Assembly: GCA_945903305.1 (NCBI GenBank)
Contig: CAMDOA010000005.1
Coordinates: 494 to 64,493 of the forward strand
Length of the DNA: 64,000 nucleotides
Direction: 5' to 3'
DNA from: Chitinophaga pinensis
Lineage (GTDB): Bacteria > Bacteroidota > Bacteroidia > Chitinophagales > UBA10324
The notes under the pieces are model-generated. The model made no database searches. It worked only from the letters and a program-made list of their open reading frames with translations, and was not told the origin of the DNA. Made by a program: the position numbers and the translations under genes. This document shows, piece after piece, positions 39,148 through 50,729 of this stretch. Within the stretch, counting starts at the first letter, position 1. Each line of letters starts with the position of its first letter.

Positions 39148-39906
39148 TTAAAATTCAGATTGCACCGGAGGAGCACCCAGGTTTTTCACCTTAATTATCC
39201 GCAACCAGTTTAAAAATAAAATCACCGGATAAAGCGGATCAATTTCATACCATCGCTTACCGAAGTTAATGGCCGATGGATATTTATGATGGTTGTTATG
39301 ATAGGATTCTCCCAACATTAATATATCAACACGGAAAAGATTTTTGGAAGTATTTTCCTGAACATACTTGGTGTTACCATATTTATGAGCAAACCAATTA
39401 ATTATAGCTCCATGAAAAGGCCCCATTACAATTTGTATTGGAAGCAATAAAAAGAACCACAACGCAGGAGCAAAATAAATATAGAAAGCAATATAAAGTC
39501 CCACCCACATTAGCCGTGAAAACCAACTGTGACCGAATAGGTCAAGTGCCCGCCAGTTCGGAAGATTTTTTTCAAAGCGCTCTTCAAAATTTAATTTGCC
39601 TGTAAACAAATCCATATAAACTTTAGCAGTAGTCCACATCATTGAAAAAATACTTGAAAAATATTTTGGTGAATGCGGGTCTTTTTCGGTATCGGTATAT
39701 GCGTGATGTGCACGGTGAAGTATGGCATAAGTCCTTGGACTCAGATACGACGAACCCTGAAACACATATGAAAGAACATAAAAAACTTTCTCCCATGTTT
39801 TATTCATTGTAAAAGCACCATGTGCTGCATAACGATGATAAAAGAAAGATTGAGTGAAAAGCGACAGGTACCAGTGAAGTACGAAAAAAAGAATTATTGC
39901 AATCAT
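39148..39906 (-). CDS. Delta-9-type fatty acid (acyl-CoA) desaturase
   Basis: Histidine boxes HRYAAH, HRAHH...DPHSP, NWFAH and GESYHNNHH. Confidence 0.93.
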   Translation of the reverse strand: MIAIILFFVLHWYLSLFTQSFFYHRYAAHGAFTMNKTWEKVFYVLSYVFQGSSYLSPRTYAILHRAHHAYTDTEKDPHSPKYFSSIFSMMWTTAKVYMDLFTGKLNFEERFEKNLPNWRALDLFGHSWFSRLMWVGLYIAFYIYFAPALWFFLLLPIQIVMGPFHGAIINWFAHKYGNTKYVQENTSKNLFRVDILMLGESYHNNHHKYPSAINFGKRWYEIDPLYPVILFLNWLRIIKVKNLGAPPVQSEF

Positions 39907-40035
39907 GTTTTTTGAAGACGGTAACCGACAGTTTAAATTGTTAAGACTTAAAATTTATTTCTTTAAGGCGGCGGCAATGATAAAGCAATCTCATTGTCCG
40001 CACAAATATTTGACTGTTAACAAAGTAAACTCTAT

Positions 40036-40102
40036 GTCTTGTTTGGCAACAATGAAATAGTATTCAGGTCAAGAAGTCTTGTTTGGCAAATGATTCAGGT
40101 CA
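40036..40102 (+). repeat. Bipartite direct repeat upstream of clpB
   Basis: GTCTTGTTTGGCAA at 40036 and 40076; ATTCAGGTCA at 40062 and 40093. Confidence 0.8.
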
Positions 40103-40174
40103 TTTTTTCTTATTCTTTATCACAATACCTTCATGGAATTACATTTGAGATGCAGCAGCAAAACATTCAATACT

Positions 40175-42790
40175 ATGAACTTAAATCAATTCACAATCAA
40201 ATCGCAGGAAGCTGTTCAGAAGGCGCAGGAAATAGCAACCGGTTTTCAGCAGCAGCAATTAGATACAGCTCATATTCTGAAAGGAATAATTGAAGTGGAT
40301 GAAAATGTTACTCCGTTTCTGTTGAAGAAATTAGGTGTGAATGTTTCCTTACTTGAACAAAAGGCAGATGCCATTATTCAGAAGCAACCGAAAGTTACGG
40401 GCGGACAAATTTATTTATCTGGTGATGCCAATGCTGCTATTGCAAAAGCACAATCATTACTCAAAGAATTCAAAGATGAATTTGTATCCATCGAACATTT
40501 AATACTTGGATTGCTTTCAGGTAAGGATGAAACTGCACGGTTGATGAAAGAAAGCGGATTGAATGAGAAGGATTTAAAACTTGCGATAAAGGAATTAAGA
40601 AAAGGAAGTACAGTAAAAGACCAGAATGTTGAAGCCACTTACAATGCACTGAACAAGTATGCAAAAAATTTAAACGACTTAGCTCAAAGCGGAAAACTGG
40701 ATCCTGTTATTGGTCGCGATGAAGAAATCCGAAGAGTGTTACACATTCTTTCGCGTCGCACAAAAAATAATCCTGTTCTTGTTGGTGAGCCAGGAGTTGG
40801 TAAAACAGCAATCGCTGAAGGCATCGCGCACAGAATTGTAAATGGCGATGTTCCTGAAAATTTAAAAAGTAAAATTATTTTTTCTCTCGATATGGGCGCG
40901 TTGATGGCAGGTGCAAAATATCGCGGCGAGTTTGAAGAACGGTTAAAAGCAGTGGTGCGCGAAGTGACTGAAAGCAACGGAGAAATAATATTATTCATTG
41001 ATGAAATTCATACGCTCATTGGAGCCGGTGCCGCAGAAGGTGCAATGGATGCCGCAAATATTTTAAAACCTGCGTTGGCGCGAGGTGAGTTAAGAACTGT
41101 TGGTGCAACCACTTTGAATGAGTATCAGAAATATTTTGAAAAAGATAAGGCACTCGAACGCAGATTTCAGAAAGTAATAATTGATGAACCTAATGAAGAG
41201 GATGCTATTTCCATTTTGCGTGGATTAAAGGAACGATATGAAACACATCATAAAGTTCGTATAAAAGATGAAGCCATTATTTCCGCTGTTGAACTTTCTA
41301 ACCGTTATATCAGCGATCGTTTTTTACCTGATAAGGCCATTGATTTAATTGATGAAGCTGCGGCAAAGTTGCGTTTGGAAATGGATTCACTCCCCGAAGA
41401 ATTAGATGAAATTGAAAGAAGAATTCGTCAGTTGGAAATTGAGCGAGAAGCCATCAAGCGCGAAAAAGATGTAAAGAAGGTGAAAGAACTGAGTGAAGAA
41501 ATTGCCAATCTATCTGAAGAACGAAATAATTTAAAAGCAAAATGGCAAGCCGAAAAAGATGTGGCCAATGCGGTGCAGGAAATTAAATCTGCTATTGAAA
41601 ATTATAGGCTCGAAGCAGAACAGGCAGAGCGCGCCGGTGATTATGGTAAGGTGGCGGAAATCCGTTACGGAAAAATTCGTGACGAAGAATTGAAACTGAA
41701 AAAGGCGGAAGATGAAATTAAGAAATTGAATCAGGGCACCCGCATGCTGAAAGAAGAAGTGGATGCTGAAGACATTGCTTCCATCGTTTCGAAGTGGACC
41801 GGGATTCCGGTGACAAAAATGTTGCAGAGCGAAAGAGAAAAACTGTTGCACCTCGAAGTTGATTTGCATAAAAGGGTAGTAGGGCAGGAGGAAGCAATTA
41901 CTGCAGTGAGTGATGCAATACGCAGAAGCCGCGCAGGATTGCAAGACCCGCGCAAACCAATAGGTTCATTTATTTTTTTGGGAACTACAGGAGTAGGCAA
42001 AACAGAATTGGCAAAAGCATTGGCTGAAATGTTATTCAACGATGAAAGTGCTTTGACACGAATAGATATGAGTGAATACCAGGAACGACATTCTGTTTCT
42101 CGATTGATTGGTGCACCTCCGGGTTATGTAGGTTATGATGAAGGCGGTCAATTAACCGAAGCAGTTCGCCGCAAACCTTACTCTGTTGTGTTGCTCGATG
42201 AAATTGAAAAAGCGCATCCCGATGTTTTTAATATTTTATTACAGGTGCTGGATGATGGAAGACTGACTGATAATAAAGGCAGAACAGTCAACTTCAAGAA
42301 CACCATTATCATTATGACCAGCAACATGGGTTCACATATTATTCAGGAAAATTTTGCGAAGATTAATGAGAAGAACAAGTATGGAATTCTGGAAACCACC
42401 AAAGTAGAAGTGATGGACTTGTTGCGCAAAACCATTCGCCCTGAATTTTTAAACCGCATAGATGATATCATCATGTTCACTCCTTTGATGAAAAATGAAA
42501 TTGTTGGAATAGTGGAAATACAAGTGAAGCAATTGCAGGCGATGCTGATGAAAAACAATATCAAATTAAATATTTCTGATAAAGCAAAAAAGACACTTGG
42601 CGATTTAGGTTACGACCCGACTTTAGGTGCACGACCATTGAAGCGTGTGATACAAAAAGAACTGGTAAATGAGTTATCGAAAAAAATTCTTTCCGGCGAA
42701 GTACAATCCGAATCAGTAATATGGGTGGATATTAATAAGGCAGGCGATTTGGTTTTCAGCAATGAAGCGAGTGTGATTTCGATGAATTAA
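40175..42790 (+). CDS. clpB: ATP-dependent chaperone ClpB
   Basis: Two AAA+ modules ([16 protein letters not shown]), [13 protein letters not shown], long coiled-coil middle domain, GAPPGYVGY. Start placed at MNLNQFT. Confidence 0.98.
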   Translation: MNLNQFTIKSQEAVQKAQEIATGFQQQQLDTAHILKGIIEVDENVTPFLLKKLGVNVSLLEQKADAIIQKQPKVTGGQIYLSGDANAAIAKAQSLLKEFKDEFVSIEHLILGLLSGKDETARLMKESGLNEKDLKLAIKELRKGSTVKDQNVEATYNALNKYAKNLNDLAQSGKLDPVIGRDEEIRRVLHILSRRTKNNPVLVGEPGVGKTAIAEGIAHRIVNGDVPENLKSKIIFSLDMGALMAGAKYRGEFEERLKAVVREVTESNGEIILFIDEIHTLIGAGAAEGAMDAANILKPALARGELRTVGATTLNEYQKYFEKDKALERRFQKVIIDEPNEEDAISILRGLKERYETHHKVRIKDEAIISAVELSNRYISDRFLPDKAIDLIDEAAAKLRLEMDSLPEELDEIERRIRQLEIEREAIKREKDVKKVKELSEEIANLSEERNNLKAKWQAEKDVANAVQEIKSAIENYRLEAEQAERAGDYGKVAEIRYGKIRDEELKLKKAEDEIKKLNQGTRMLKEEVDAEDIASIVSKWTGIPVTKMLQSEREKLLHLEVDLHKRVVGQEEAITAVSDAIRRSRAGLQDPRKPIGSFIFLGTTGVGKTELAKALAEMLFNDESALTRIDMSEYQERHSVSRLIGAPPGYVGYDEGGQLTEAVRRKPYSVVLLDEIEKAHPDVFNILLQVLDDGRLTDNKGRTVNFKNTIIIMTSNMGSHIIQENFAKINEKNKYGILETTKVEVMDLLRKTIRPEFLNRIDDIIMFTPLMKNEIVGIVEIQVKQLQAMLMKNNIKLNISDKAKKTLGDLGYDPTLGARPLKRVIQKELVNELSKKILSGEVQSESVIWVDINKAGDLVFSNEASVISMN

Positions 42791-43794
42791 ACGACTAACA
42801 AATTGCACCCTCTAACATCACTGCTATCCATTCTGCCTGAAACAGAAAAACTTCCATCAGCATTTATTCTTCCCAAATCATCAGTAGCTATGAATGAGCA
42901 GGAGTAAATGTTTGCCAGGTCAATAATATTTATGGCACCTGCATGAGTGAGCGAAAGAATTTCAAACGGGTCGTTTGGTTCGCGAATAAAAACTTTCATC
43001 CACGGAGGTGTAGAATAATTTCCATCAGTTTTTGAATAGGCTTGTGAAAGCAGTTCGGTCATTCCGTATTCTGAATAAATTGTTTTTACTCCGAATTTAT
43101 TTTTCAGTTCTGCATGCACTTCTTCACGAATCATTTCTTTTTTCCGTCCCTTCATTCCACCGGTTTCCATAATCATTGTTTTCGAAAAATCGTGGGATGA
43201 TTCGTTTGGAAAATCAAGCAAAGCGAAAGTCACTCCCAACAAAATATGTTTTTTATTTTCTGAATTCAATTGTTGAAGCAACTGAATTAATTCAGTTGTT
43301 GCATTCAAATAAAAACCAGAGCGGTCATCATTACTCTGTTCAATTAATTTCTTCGTCATGTAAATCAATGATGAATCGTTCCGTTCTAAGTAGGAGGGAA
43401 GCAAGGCGAGAAAAGTGAAATCTTCCGGTGAACCCAACGCAGATTTAAAATTGGTGATAAAAGATTTTTCATACAGTGAAAGGTCTTTAACATAATGACT
43501 GCTTGTTTCCAATCCGGTGGTGCCGCTGCTTTTAAAAATTGCTTCTGCTGTAAAATTTCCGGTTACCACTTCCTGTGTTTTAAAAAATTCAATAGGGAGA
43601 AAAGGAATTTGTTGTAATGATTTTACATCGGTCACATTTATTTTCAGGTTTTTAATAAACTCTTTATAAATTTTATTGTGTTCGGCTTGCACCTGAAATA
43701 TTTCCAATGCCAGTTGTTCAAACTGAAGTTCATTCTCAATAGAAAAAATTCTTTTCTCAATATCTTTTTTGAACACCTGATTTATTTTCAACAA
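42787..43794 (-). CDS. LuxE-like acyl-protein synthetase / acyl transferase
   Basis: [46 protein letters not shown]...SDVRGCN. Confidence 0.88.
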   Translation of the reverse strand: MLKINQVFKKDIEKRIFSIENELQFEQLALEIFQVQAEHNKIYKEFIKNLKINVTDVKSLQQIPFLPIEFFKTQEVVTGNFTAEAIFKSSGTTGLETSSHYVKDLSLYEKSFITNFKSALGSPEDFTFLALLPSYLERNDSSLIYMTKKLIEQSNDDRSGFYLNATTELIQLLQQLNSENKKHILLGVTFALLDFPNESSHDFSKTMIMETGGMKGRKKEMIREEVHAELKNKFGVKTIYSEYGMTELLSQAYSKTDGNYSTPPWMKVFIREPNDPFEILSLTHAGAINIIDLANIYSCSFIATDDLGRINADGSFSVSGRMDSSDVRGCNLLVV

Positions 43795-43846
43795 AGGTGT
43801 AATTCATTCAGCGCAGAAAAAAAGTATTTACTGATTTCTGTAAAAT

Positions 43847-43878
43847 AAAAAAAGGGCTGCACACCACATGCAGCCCTT
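43847..43878 (-). terminator. Intrinsic terminator downstream of the PorP/SprF gene
   Basis: Minus strand AAGGGCTGC-ATGTGGTGT-GCAGCCCTT followed by a T run. Confidence 0.75.
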
Positions 43879-43938
43879 AGCCCCGGATTAATTTGCCGTT
43901 GCTGTCAACCTTGTTTTTAGGGTATTCTTAATTCTATT

Positions 43939-44931
43939 TTAAAAGTGCGGACAAAAAACTTTGTTTTTCTTCAGTGATGGAATGGTACCTATGTACTGAA
44001 TGGCAATTTCGGGTCCGCCCTGCGCATGACTTACTTTGGCGAGTTTAGAATAATTCAGATCGTAAGAAAATGTTAAGGAAAATTGATCAATATCCATTCG
44101 AACCACAAAAATCACAGCATCTTTCCACCGGTTTAATGCACCGAAATAAACCGATTTCTCCTGGCCTTTTCGTTTATCCATTGCCACTTTTCCAAAGGCG
44201 CCGAATACTAATTCCTGATGTGGCCCCTGCACACTGTAAGCAACTTTAGGATAAATGGCTGCCATGGAAGCGATGGGTAATGTTGCACCAAAACTTCCAA
44301 CATATTTTCTTGGAACTGCTGAAGTATTATCATTCATAAAAGTTTGCACAGGGTTATTAATGTGCGAAATATTGAAACCGAAATTCACATTTGAATATTT
44401 TGTTGGCATATAATTGTATTCCACTCCGGCATTTACATCCACATATCCTGCTGTGTTGTAAGCAAAATTTTCGGTAGTGTTTCCACCTTCAAAATTTTCG
44501 TCGAAGCTGAGATAAGTATAATCGAGAAAGCTATTGATGTATCCTGCCTGAATTCCAAAGCCTAAATAATTTCTTCCCCATCTGTCGAGTGATTTATTGT
44601 AGGCAACTGATGCTTCAAACAGGTTGGTTGTAAAATGCGAATCGCCGGCACGGTCAGAAAATGTGACTAAGCCAATTCCGAATAAATCTTTTTTATTAAA
44701 TCCGGTAGGTATGCTGAAATCTAAAGAACCGCTGATAGTTTGATAAGGTACAGTAACACTTTTCCATTGATTTCTGTAAATCGCAGTCATACGATAATTA
44801 CCATTGAAGAAACCGGTCTTCGCCGGATTCATGTATAAGGGTGCAGCATAAAACTGCGAGAAGTGAATATCCTGAGCTTGGGTGCCGAACACCGAGAAGC
44901 TGAGAAGCAAGACTATGTAAATCTTTTTCAT
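43939..44931 (-). CDS. PorP/SprF family type IX secretion system membrane protein
   Basis: QDIHFSQFYAAPLYMNPAKTG, YRNQW, SYDLNYSKL, GGPEI, FCPHF; directly downstream of a type B cargo gene. Confidence 0.92.
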   Translation of the reverse strand: MKKIYIVLLLSFSVFGTQAQDIHFSQFYAAPLYMNPAKTGFFNGNYRMTAIYRNQWKSVTVPYQTISGSLDFSIPTGFNKKDLFGIGLVTFSDRAGDSHFTTNLFEASVAYNKSLDRWGRNYLGFGIQAGYINSFLDYTYLSFDENFEGGNTTENFAYNTAGYVDVNAGVEYNYMPTKYSNVNFGFNISHINNPVQTFMNDNTSAVPRKYVGSFGATLPIASMAAIYPKVAYSVQGPHQELVFGAFGKVAMDKRKGQEKSVYFGALNRWKDAVIFVVRMDIDQFSLTFSYDLNYSKLAKVSHAQGGPEIAIQYIGTIPSLKKNKVFCPHF

Positions 44932-44972
44932 GCTGCAGGATTTATGTGGTGAAAAATCATTTTCGTACTTTA

Positions 44973-47900
44973 CTATCTAATTACCGTAATGTTTCCTTGT
45001 TTGTTAATATTTTGACCACCGGAGCAAAGTGCCTGTAAATAGTACACATACACACCCGGCGGCAGTTTTATTCCATTATATGTTCCATCCCAACCATCGT
45101 TTAAATCTGATGTTTCCCAAATTAATTGACCCCATCGATTATATATTTTGAAATAATTCAATTCTTTTATACCGATGGCACGCACCCTGAATTTTTCATT
45201 TTTATTATCTCCGTTAGGTGTAAACGCATTGGGTACAAATAGTATATCATTCGGGCACGCCACTTTTATAATCATTTCATCTTCGCTCTTACATCCATCT
45301 TGCGAAATAGTTGTGAGCGTATAGGTTGTATTGACAGTTGCAGTAACCAATGGAGTTAAACAATCAGTACAACTTAATCCATCAGCAGGGCTCCAGCTAT
45401 AAGTTGCAAATGGAGTTGCTGTTCCGTTTAATTGAATTTCTGTTCCTGAAGGAATTTCAAAATCCTGACCTGCATTGCAATACGGCGATGGATTTACGAT
45501 AACTACAATACTCAATGTATCCACTTCACAAATTCCATCCGATACAATTACAGTATAAGTTGTAGTTTGAATTGGTGATGCAAATGGATTTGGTGAAAAC
45601 GGATTATCTAAACTATTCGATGGTGACCATAGATATTGATTGCCACCTGAAACCCCTAGCTGAAGAACACCACCAATGCAAATGGTTCCACCGTTGGCGG
45701 CAATGGCATTTAATTGTGGGAGCACAAAAACGGATACAGAATCCTGTGCACTGCAACCATTCATATCGGTTCCTATAACAGTATAAACTGTTAACGAATC
45801 AGGCGAGGCATTGACAATAGAACCTGTTGAAGAATTTAATGTGAGAGAAGGACTCCATAAATAATTTGTTGCACCTGTGGCACTCATTAATGTACTTGCC
45901 TGAAAACAAATTTGAACATCAGCACCGGCAACAACAATTGGTAAAGGATTTACTATAACAAGAACCTCATCGGTTGCTGTGCATCCATTAATATCAGTTA
46001 CATGTAAATTATAAGTTGTTGTAGAAATTGGATTTGCTGTTGGATTAAAAACTGCTGATGAATCGAAAGCTGATGAAGGCGACCAATTAAAAATTATTCC
46101 TCCCGCTCCATTTAATTGCACCGCATTTCCAATACAAATGGAAGTATCATTCCCGGCATTGGCAATGGCAGATGGAAATAAATTAATAGAAACGGTGGCC
46201 GTGTTCGAACATCCATTAATATCAATTCCGGTTACAGAATAATTTGTTGGTGTTAGTGCATTACAAATTGGATTTGCAATGCCGCCATTGTTCAGATTAT
46301 TTAACGGAGACCATGTGTAGGTGCTTGCACCGCTTGCCTGTAGTTGAATATTTTGTCCGGGGCAAACTGTTGAATCGGGAACAGCAACCACAATTGGAAG
46401 TGAATTGACATTTACAATTACAATATCGGTAGCTATACATCCATTTATATCTGTTACAGTTAATGAGTAAGTAGTATTTACTGTTGGTGATGCATTCGGA
46501 TTGAAAATTGTTGAGTCGCTTAATCCGATTGATGGCGACCAGTTGAAGTTTATTCCTCCACTTGCATTAAGTGTGGTTATTGCATTTAAACAAATTGTTG
46601 CATCGGGTCCGGCAGTTGCAATTGGATTATTTACTACGGTAATACTATTTGTAATTGTATCAATGCATCCATTTATTGATTGAACAATTAATGTGGTTAT
46701 ATAAATTCCGGAAGCAGAATAGGTATGAGTCGGAGATTGAATAGTAGAAAAATTTAATGCACCACTTGCAGCATCTCCGAAATTCCAGTTCCATAAAGTT
46801 ATAGTTCCTGTAGGCTGAGAAAGATCAGTGAATGCAACCAACTGATTCGGACAAACTGTTGAATCATCCATGGAGAATGCAGCAGTTGGTGAAGCAAAAA
46901 CATAAACCGTATCAATGTACTGACCGGTGCATCCAACACTGGTTATAACATCAAGTGTTACAGCATAAATTCCGGGCGATGAATAATTGTGTGAAGGATT
47001 TTGTAGCGATGAAATATTATTTGCACCACTTACCACATCACCAAAATTCCAACTCCATGATGAAATGGAAACAAACGAAGTTGTTAAATCAGAAAACGAA
47101 ATCAGGCCACTGTCGCAAATAGGATTTGGGTTTATTCCAAAACTTACATCAGGATTGCCAACCACAACGGTATCAAGAGCAATAGCAACATTGCATCCCT
47201 GACCATCACTTATAATTACTTCAGGATAAAAAATTCCTGATGAAGTATAGGTATAACAAATTGTATCGTTTGAATTGGTGATAACAGTTCCATCTCCAAA
47301 ATTCCAATCGAAACTTACCGCGTTATTGGTAAATGCCTGAAAGCATGCATTCAATGGAATACAACCTGCACCTATAATGGAAGCAGTGATTCCTGCTGGT
47401 CCGCTGATTGAAATGTAATTGTTAAACAGAATCATATTACTGCAACCATTTGAATCGGTTACAATTAAACTCACATCATAAGTTCCGGCAATGTTATAAG
47501 TATGAAATGGATGTTGAAGTGATGAAGTATTTCCATCACCAAAATTCCAGAGATAAGTTGTGGCGCTATCAATGTTTGTTGAAAGATTGCTGAACTGAAC
47601 TGCAAGCGGCGGACATGATGAATTGGTGGTGTCGGCAGTAAAATTTGCAGCAGGCATACTCACGGTTACAGTAACAGTATCAATTGTGGTTGATACACAA
47701 CCGGAAGTATCAGATGCAGTTAATGTTACATTATAAATTCCGTTTGCCGAATAATAATGACAAGGTGTTGCGGCAAAAGAAATATTCCCATCACCGAAAT
47801 CCCAAACAAAATTCAGATTGCTGTTTCCGAAAGTGTTATTAATAAAGCATGCAGGATCGCCCAGGCAAATATTGGTAGCAACAGCATTGAAATCTATAAC

Positions 47901-50555
47901 CGGAGATAAGGCATTGACAAAATTCATTTTTTTCAACGAATCAATACAGCCATGATTATCAGTAATAGAAAGTGTAACAGAATACGAACCCGATTGGTTA
48001 TAAATATGAAACGGATTTGGCTGATTGGATGAGTTTAAATTAACAGAAGCTGGGTCACCGAAATTCCAGTTCCAACTTACCGGAAAAGAGTTATTGGAAG
48101 TTGAGCTATCGGCAAACTGAACATTAAGTGGAGTGCAGCCGCTAAGAGGTGTACCACTGAAGTTTATATAAGTGCCATAAACAGTTATATAATCTTGCAT
48201 AAACAATGTATCAGAACACAGATTAACATCTGTCGAAATTAATTGGACCGAATATTTGCCGGAATTAATTAAGGTTGGACAAGGAAAAAAAGCAGATGAA
48301 GCAAATACAGTATTACCAACGGTATCGGTTATGAGCCATTGGTAAGAACTGGCATCAACTGAAGTATTATTTAAACAAAAACTAAATGGTTTGCATCCAC
48401 TGGTCGGCGCATTAAATCCGGCTTGTACATTTCTTATTTGTACTGTTTTAATATTTTGATCGGTACATCCGGTTGCCAGATAAGTTACTGTTAGTTTTAT
48501 CTGATAACTGCCACTTGCGGAATAAGTAATAGTTATAACACTGTCGGTAAGTGATGATGCTGTAGCTCCTGTAACCTGCCAGCTGAATAAATCGGCATTA
48601 ATGGAACTGCCTGCATGAAGTGTTAAAGTATAAGGGTTGTTACAATCTTTTTCAATTGTGAATTTGGCAACCGGCGGAAGAATATGAATGGCGCTATCCA
48701 TTATTAAGGTATCGCAGCATCCGTTATTACATACAATTAAAATTACATCGGCCCATCCCGTATCACTATAATTGAAAAATGGATTTGCATTTGTTGATTG
48801 TGTGTTAAATGGCAATCCACCGAAATCCCAGAAGTAATTGGTGTTGGCATTTACTCCGGTGCTGGTATTAGTGAATTGAATATTCATTCCCGCACATGCC
48901 GGGTTGGGTGATACTGTGAAACTGGCGGTTGGAATTTCTCCAACACAAACTATATCATTCATTAAAAAAGTATCAGTACATCCTTGAGCATTAATTATTA
49001 TTAACCGAACATCATAACAACCCGGATTAACAAATGTGTGCGATGGATTTTGCTGATTGCTTTGTATTGAGTTTGAATTTCCCGTATCGCCAAAATTCCA
49101 TTTCCATATTGTTGGAGTACCTGTTGAAGTAGTGCTTGTAAATTGAACAGTGAGTGGTGCGCATCCCGAATTGGGTGTGGCAACAAATGCGGCAACCGGG
49201 CAATCAATATTTACTAAGTTTAATACAGTATGAGTATCACTGCATCCCGCGGCATTCGTAACGGTTAATGTGGTTGAATAATTTCCGCAACTGTTGTAAA
49301 CAATATTCGGCGGATTATTGGTTGACCATGTCGATGGTATTCCACCCGGAAAACTCCATGAATAACTTAATCCATTTCCCCCTGAAAGATTATTGTAATT
49401 AACAGTCAGCGGTGGTGCACAAGTGGGAGTATTTCCGGTTTGCGAAAAATTTGAGTTTGGTGTTGGTGCAATAACAACAGTTGTACACTTCTGTGCAGTG
49501 CATCCGTTGCTGAAACTGATATTTAAACAAACCTGGTAACTGCCCGGCGTATTAAATGTGAATGAAGCATTTTGTCCACTTGCCGTTGCCGGAACCGCAT
49601 TTGGATTGGTTGTCCAGTTCCAACTTATAGCACCATTGTTTTGAGATGAAACATTAATAGTTTGTGGAGCGCATCCTTGTGTGGCTGATATTGAAAACTG
49701 CGCTTGCAGATTTCCAACATTGATGTAATTATTTTTTATCAAAGTATCCTGACAACCATTCGCATCAGTTACAATTAACTGACTGCTGAATTGCCCCGAT
49801 GAATTGTATGTTACACTTTGAGTAGCGGAAGTAGATGAAGCCGGTGTTCCGCCCGGAAAACTCCATTGATAAGAATAAGGTGCTGTACCCCCGGTTACAT
49901 TTGAATTATATGTTGTTGTAAATGGAGAACCACAACCATTGAGAGGTGAAGCTGTGTAAGTAATTGTAGGTTTTGTAGTAACACAAACTGCAGCGGCGGT
50001 GGTTATGTTATCAGTGCAGCCGAATGAATTGGTGATGATGAGTGTAATTGTTTTACAACCTTGTGTGGTGTAAGTATGATTTTCAACTGAGTCGGTTCCT
50101 GTACTTCCATCACCAAAATCCCATTGATATGAAGTGATAGTTCCGCTTCCTGCTGAACTTGTGCTTGTTAATGTTGAAAGGAGTGGAGCGCAACCTGCCG
50201 CGCCTGTGGTTGTAAAACTTACAACAGGTTTGCAATGAATTATTACCGGTAAAATTTTTATCTCCTGTAATCCGTTTCCATCAGTTACCGTTAGCGTTAC
50301 ACTGAAAGTGCCGCAAGCAGAATAAGTTGTTGATGGATTTGTAAGAATGCTGTTCACACCTGCATTCACTCCAAAATTCCATTGATAAGTTAATGGTGGA
50401 ACTCCGGTACTTAAATTAGTGAAACCTGCTACAGCAGGATTACAGACCGGATTGGGTAAATTGATAGAGAAGTCAGCAATTGGCTGCGCAAAAAGGCTGA
50501 ATGTCTTTAGAAAAAGTGAAAAAAATAGAGTTATAACTATGTAAAGGCGGTACAT
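44973..50555 (-). CDS. Large PKD-repeat surface protein with T9SS type B CTD (1860 aa)
   Basis: Many W(N/D)FGDG PKD motifs and GCxPLxV.F units, WSP...P..TTTY repeats, FVPNAFTPNGD...IYNRWG...GNITVIR. Confidence 0.93.
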   Translation of the reverse strand: MYRLYIVITLFFSLFLKTFSLFAQPIADFSINLPNPVCNPAVAGFTNLSTGVPPLTYQWNFGVNAGVNSILTNPSTTYSACGTFSVTLTVTDGNGLQEIKILPVIIHCKPVVSFTTTGAAGCAPLLSTLTSTSSAGSGTITSYQWDFGDGSTGTDSVENHTYTTQGCKTITLIITNSFGCTDNITTAAAVCVTTKPTITYTASPLNGCGSPFTTTYNSNVTGGTAPYSYQWSFPGGTPASSTSATQSVTYNSSGQFSSQLIVTDANGCQDTLIKNNYINVGNLQAQFSISATQGCAPQTINVSSQNNGAISWNWTTNPNAVPATASGQNASFTFNTPGSYQVCLNISFSNGCTAQKCTTVVIAPTPNSNFSQTGNTPTCAPPLTVNYNNLSGGNGLSYSWSFPGGIPSTWSTNNPPNIVYNSCGNYSTTLTVTNAAGCSDTHTVLNLVNIDCPVAAFVATPNSGCAPLTVQFTSTTSTGTPTIWKWNFGDTGNSNSIQSNQQNPSHTFVNPGCYDVRLIIINAQGCTDTFLMNDIVCVGEIPTASFTVSPNPACAGMNIQFTNTSTGVNANTNYFWDFGGLPFNTQSTNANPFFNYSDTGWADVILIVCNNGCCDTLIMDSAIHILPPVAKFTIEKDCNNPYTLTLHAGSSINADLFSWQVTGATASSLTDSVITITYSASGSYQIKLTVTYLATGCTDQNIKTVQIRNVQAGFNAPTSGCKPFSFCLNNTSVDASSYQWLITDTVGNTVFASSAFFPCPTLINSGKYSVQLISTDVNLCSDTLFMQDYITVYGTYINFSGTPLSGCTPLNVQFADSSTSNNSFPVSWNWNFGDPASVNLNSSNQPNPFHIYNQSGSYSVTLSITDNHGCIDSLKKMNFVNALSPVIDFNAVATNICLGDPACFINNTFGNSNLNFVWDFGDGNISFAATPCHYYSANGIYNVTLTASDTSGCVSTTIDTVTVTVSMPAANFTADTTNSSCPPLAVQFSNLSTNIDSATTYLWNFGDGNTSSLQHPFHTYNIAGTYDVSLIVTDSNGCSNMILFNNYISISGPAGITASIIGAGCIPLNACFQAFTNNAVSFDWNFGDGTVITNSNDTICYTYTSSGIFYPEVIISDGQGCNVAIALDTVVVGNPDVSFGINPNPICDSGLISFSDLTTSFVSISSWSWNFGDVVSGANNISSLQNPSHNYSSPGIYAVTLDVITSVGCTGQYIDTVYVFASPTAAFSMDDSTVCPNQLVAFTDLSQPTGTITLWNWNFGDAASGALNFSTIQSPTHTYSASGIYITTLIVQSINGCIDTITNSITVVNNPIATAGPDATICLNAITTLNASGGINFNWSPSIGLSDSTIFNPNASPTVNTTYSLTVTDINGCIATDIVIVNVNSLPIVVAVPDSTVCPGQNIQLQASGASTYTWSPLNNLNNGGIANPICNALTPTNYSVTGIDINGCSNTATVSINLFPSAIANAGNDTSICIGNAVQLNGAGGIIFNWSPSSAFDSSAVFNPTANPISTTTYNLHVTDINGCTATDEVLVIVNPLPIVVAGADVQICFQASTLMSATGATNYLWSPSLTLNSSTGSIVNASPDSLTVYTVIGTDMNGCSAQDSVSVFVLPQLNAIAANGGTICIGGVLQLGVSGGNQYLWSPSNSLDNPFSPNPFASPIQTTTYTVIVSDGICEVDTLSIVVIVNPSPYCNAGQDFEIPSGTEIQLNGTATPFATYSWSPADGLSCTDCLTPLVTATVNTTYTLTTISQDGCKSEDEMIIKVACPNDILFVPNAFTPNGDNKNEKFRVRAIGIKELNYFKIYNRWGQLIWETSDLNDGWDGTYNGIKLPPGVYVYYLQALCSGGQNINKQGNITVIR

Positions 50556-50729
50556 GCTTTTTGGTTGACATGGCCACTTTACGCCTCAATTTCTCGATAG
50601 TTTCTATTTTTATTTAATATATCATGAATTAAAACAGTTTGAAAACTTATTGAATAAATTGTTTCGGAAATAAAAAAAATAAAAACTCAAAATGAAGAGC
50701 GCTTCATTACAAGCGGAAATAAAATATTT

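Noticed and set aside
40041-40100. Sigma-54 promoter for clpB (TGGCA motifs)
   Set aside because: Neither TGGCA is followed by TTGC at the -12 spacing.
27407-42564. Numerous 60-137 aa antisense or alternate-frame ORFs over nuo, ABC, queG and clpB
   Set aside because: These are shadow ORFs of strongly conserved genes with no motifs of their own.
42787-43794. Bioluminescence (lux) operon
   Set aside because: Only a LuxE-like gene is present, with no luxA/B/C/D nearby.
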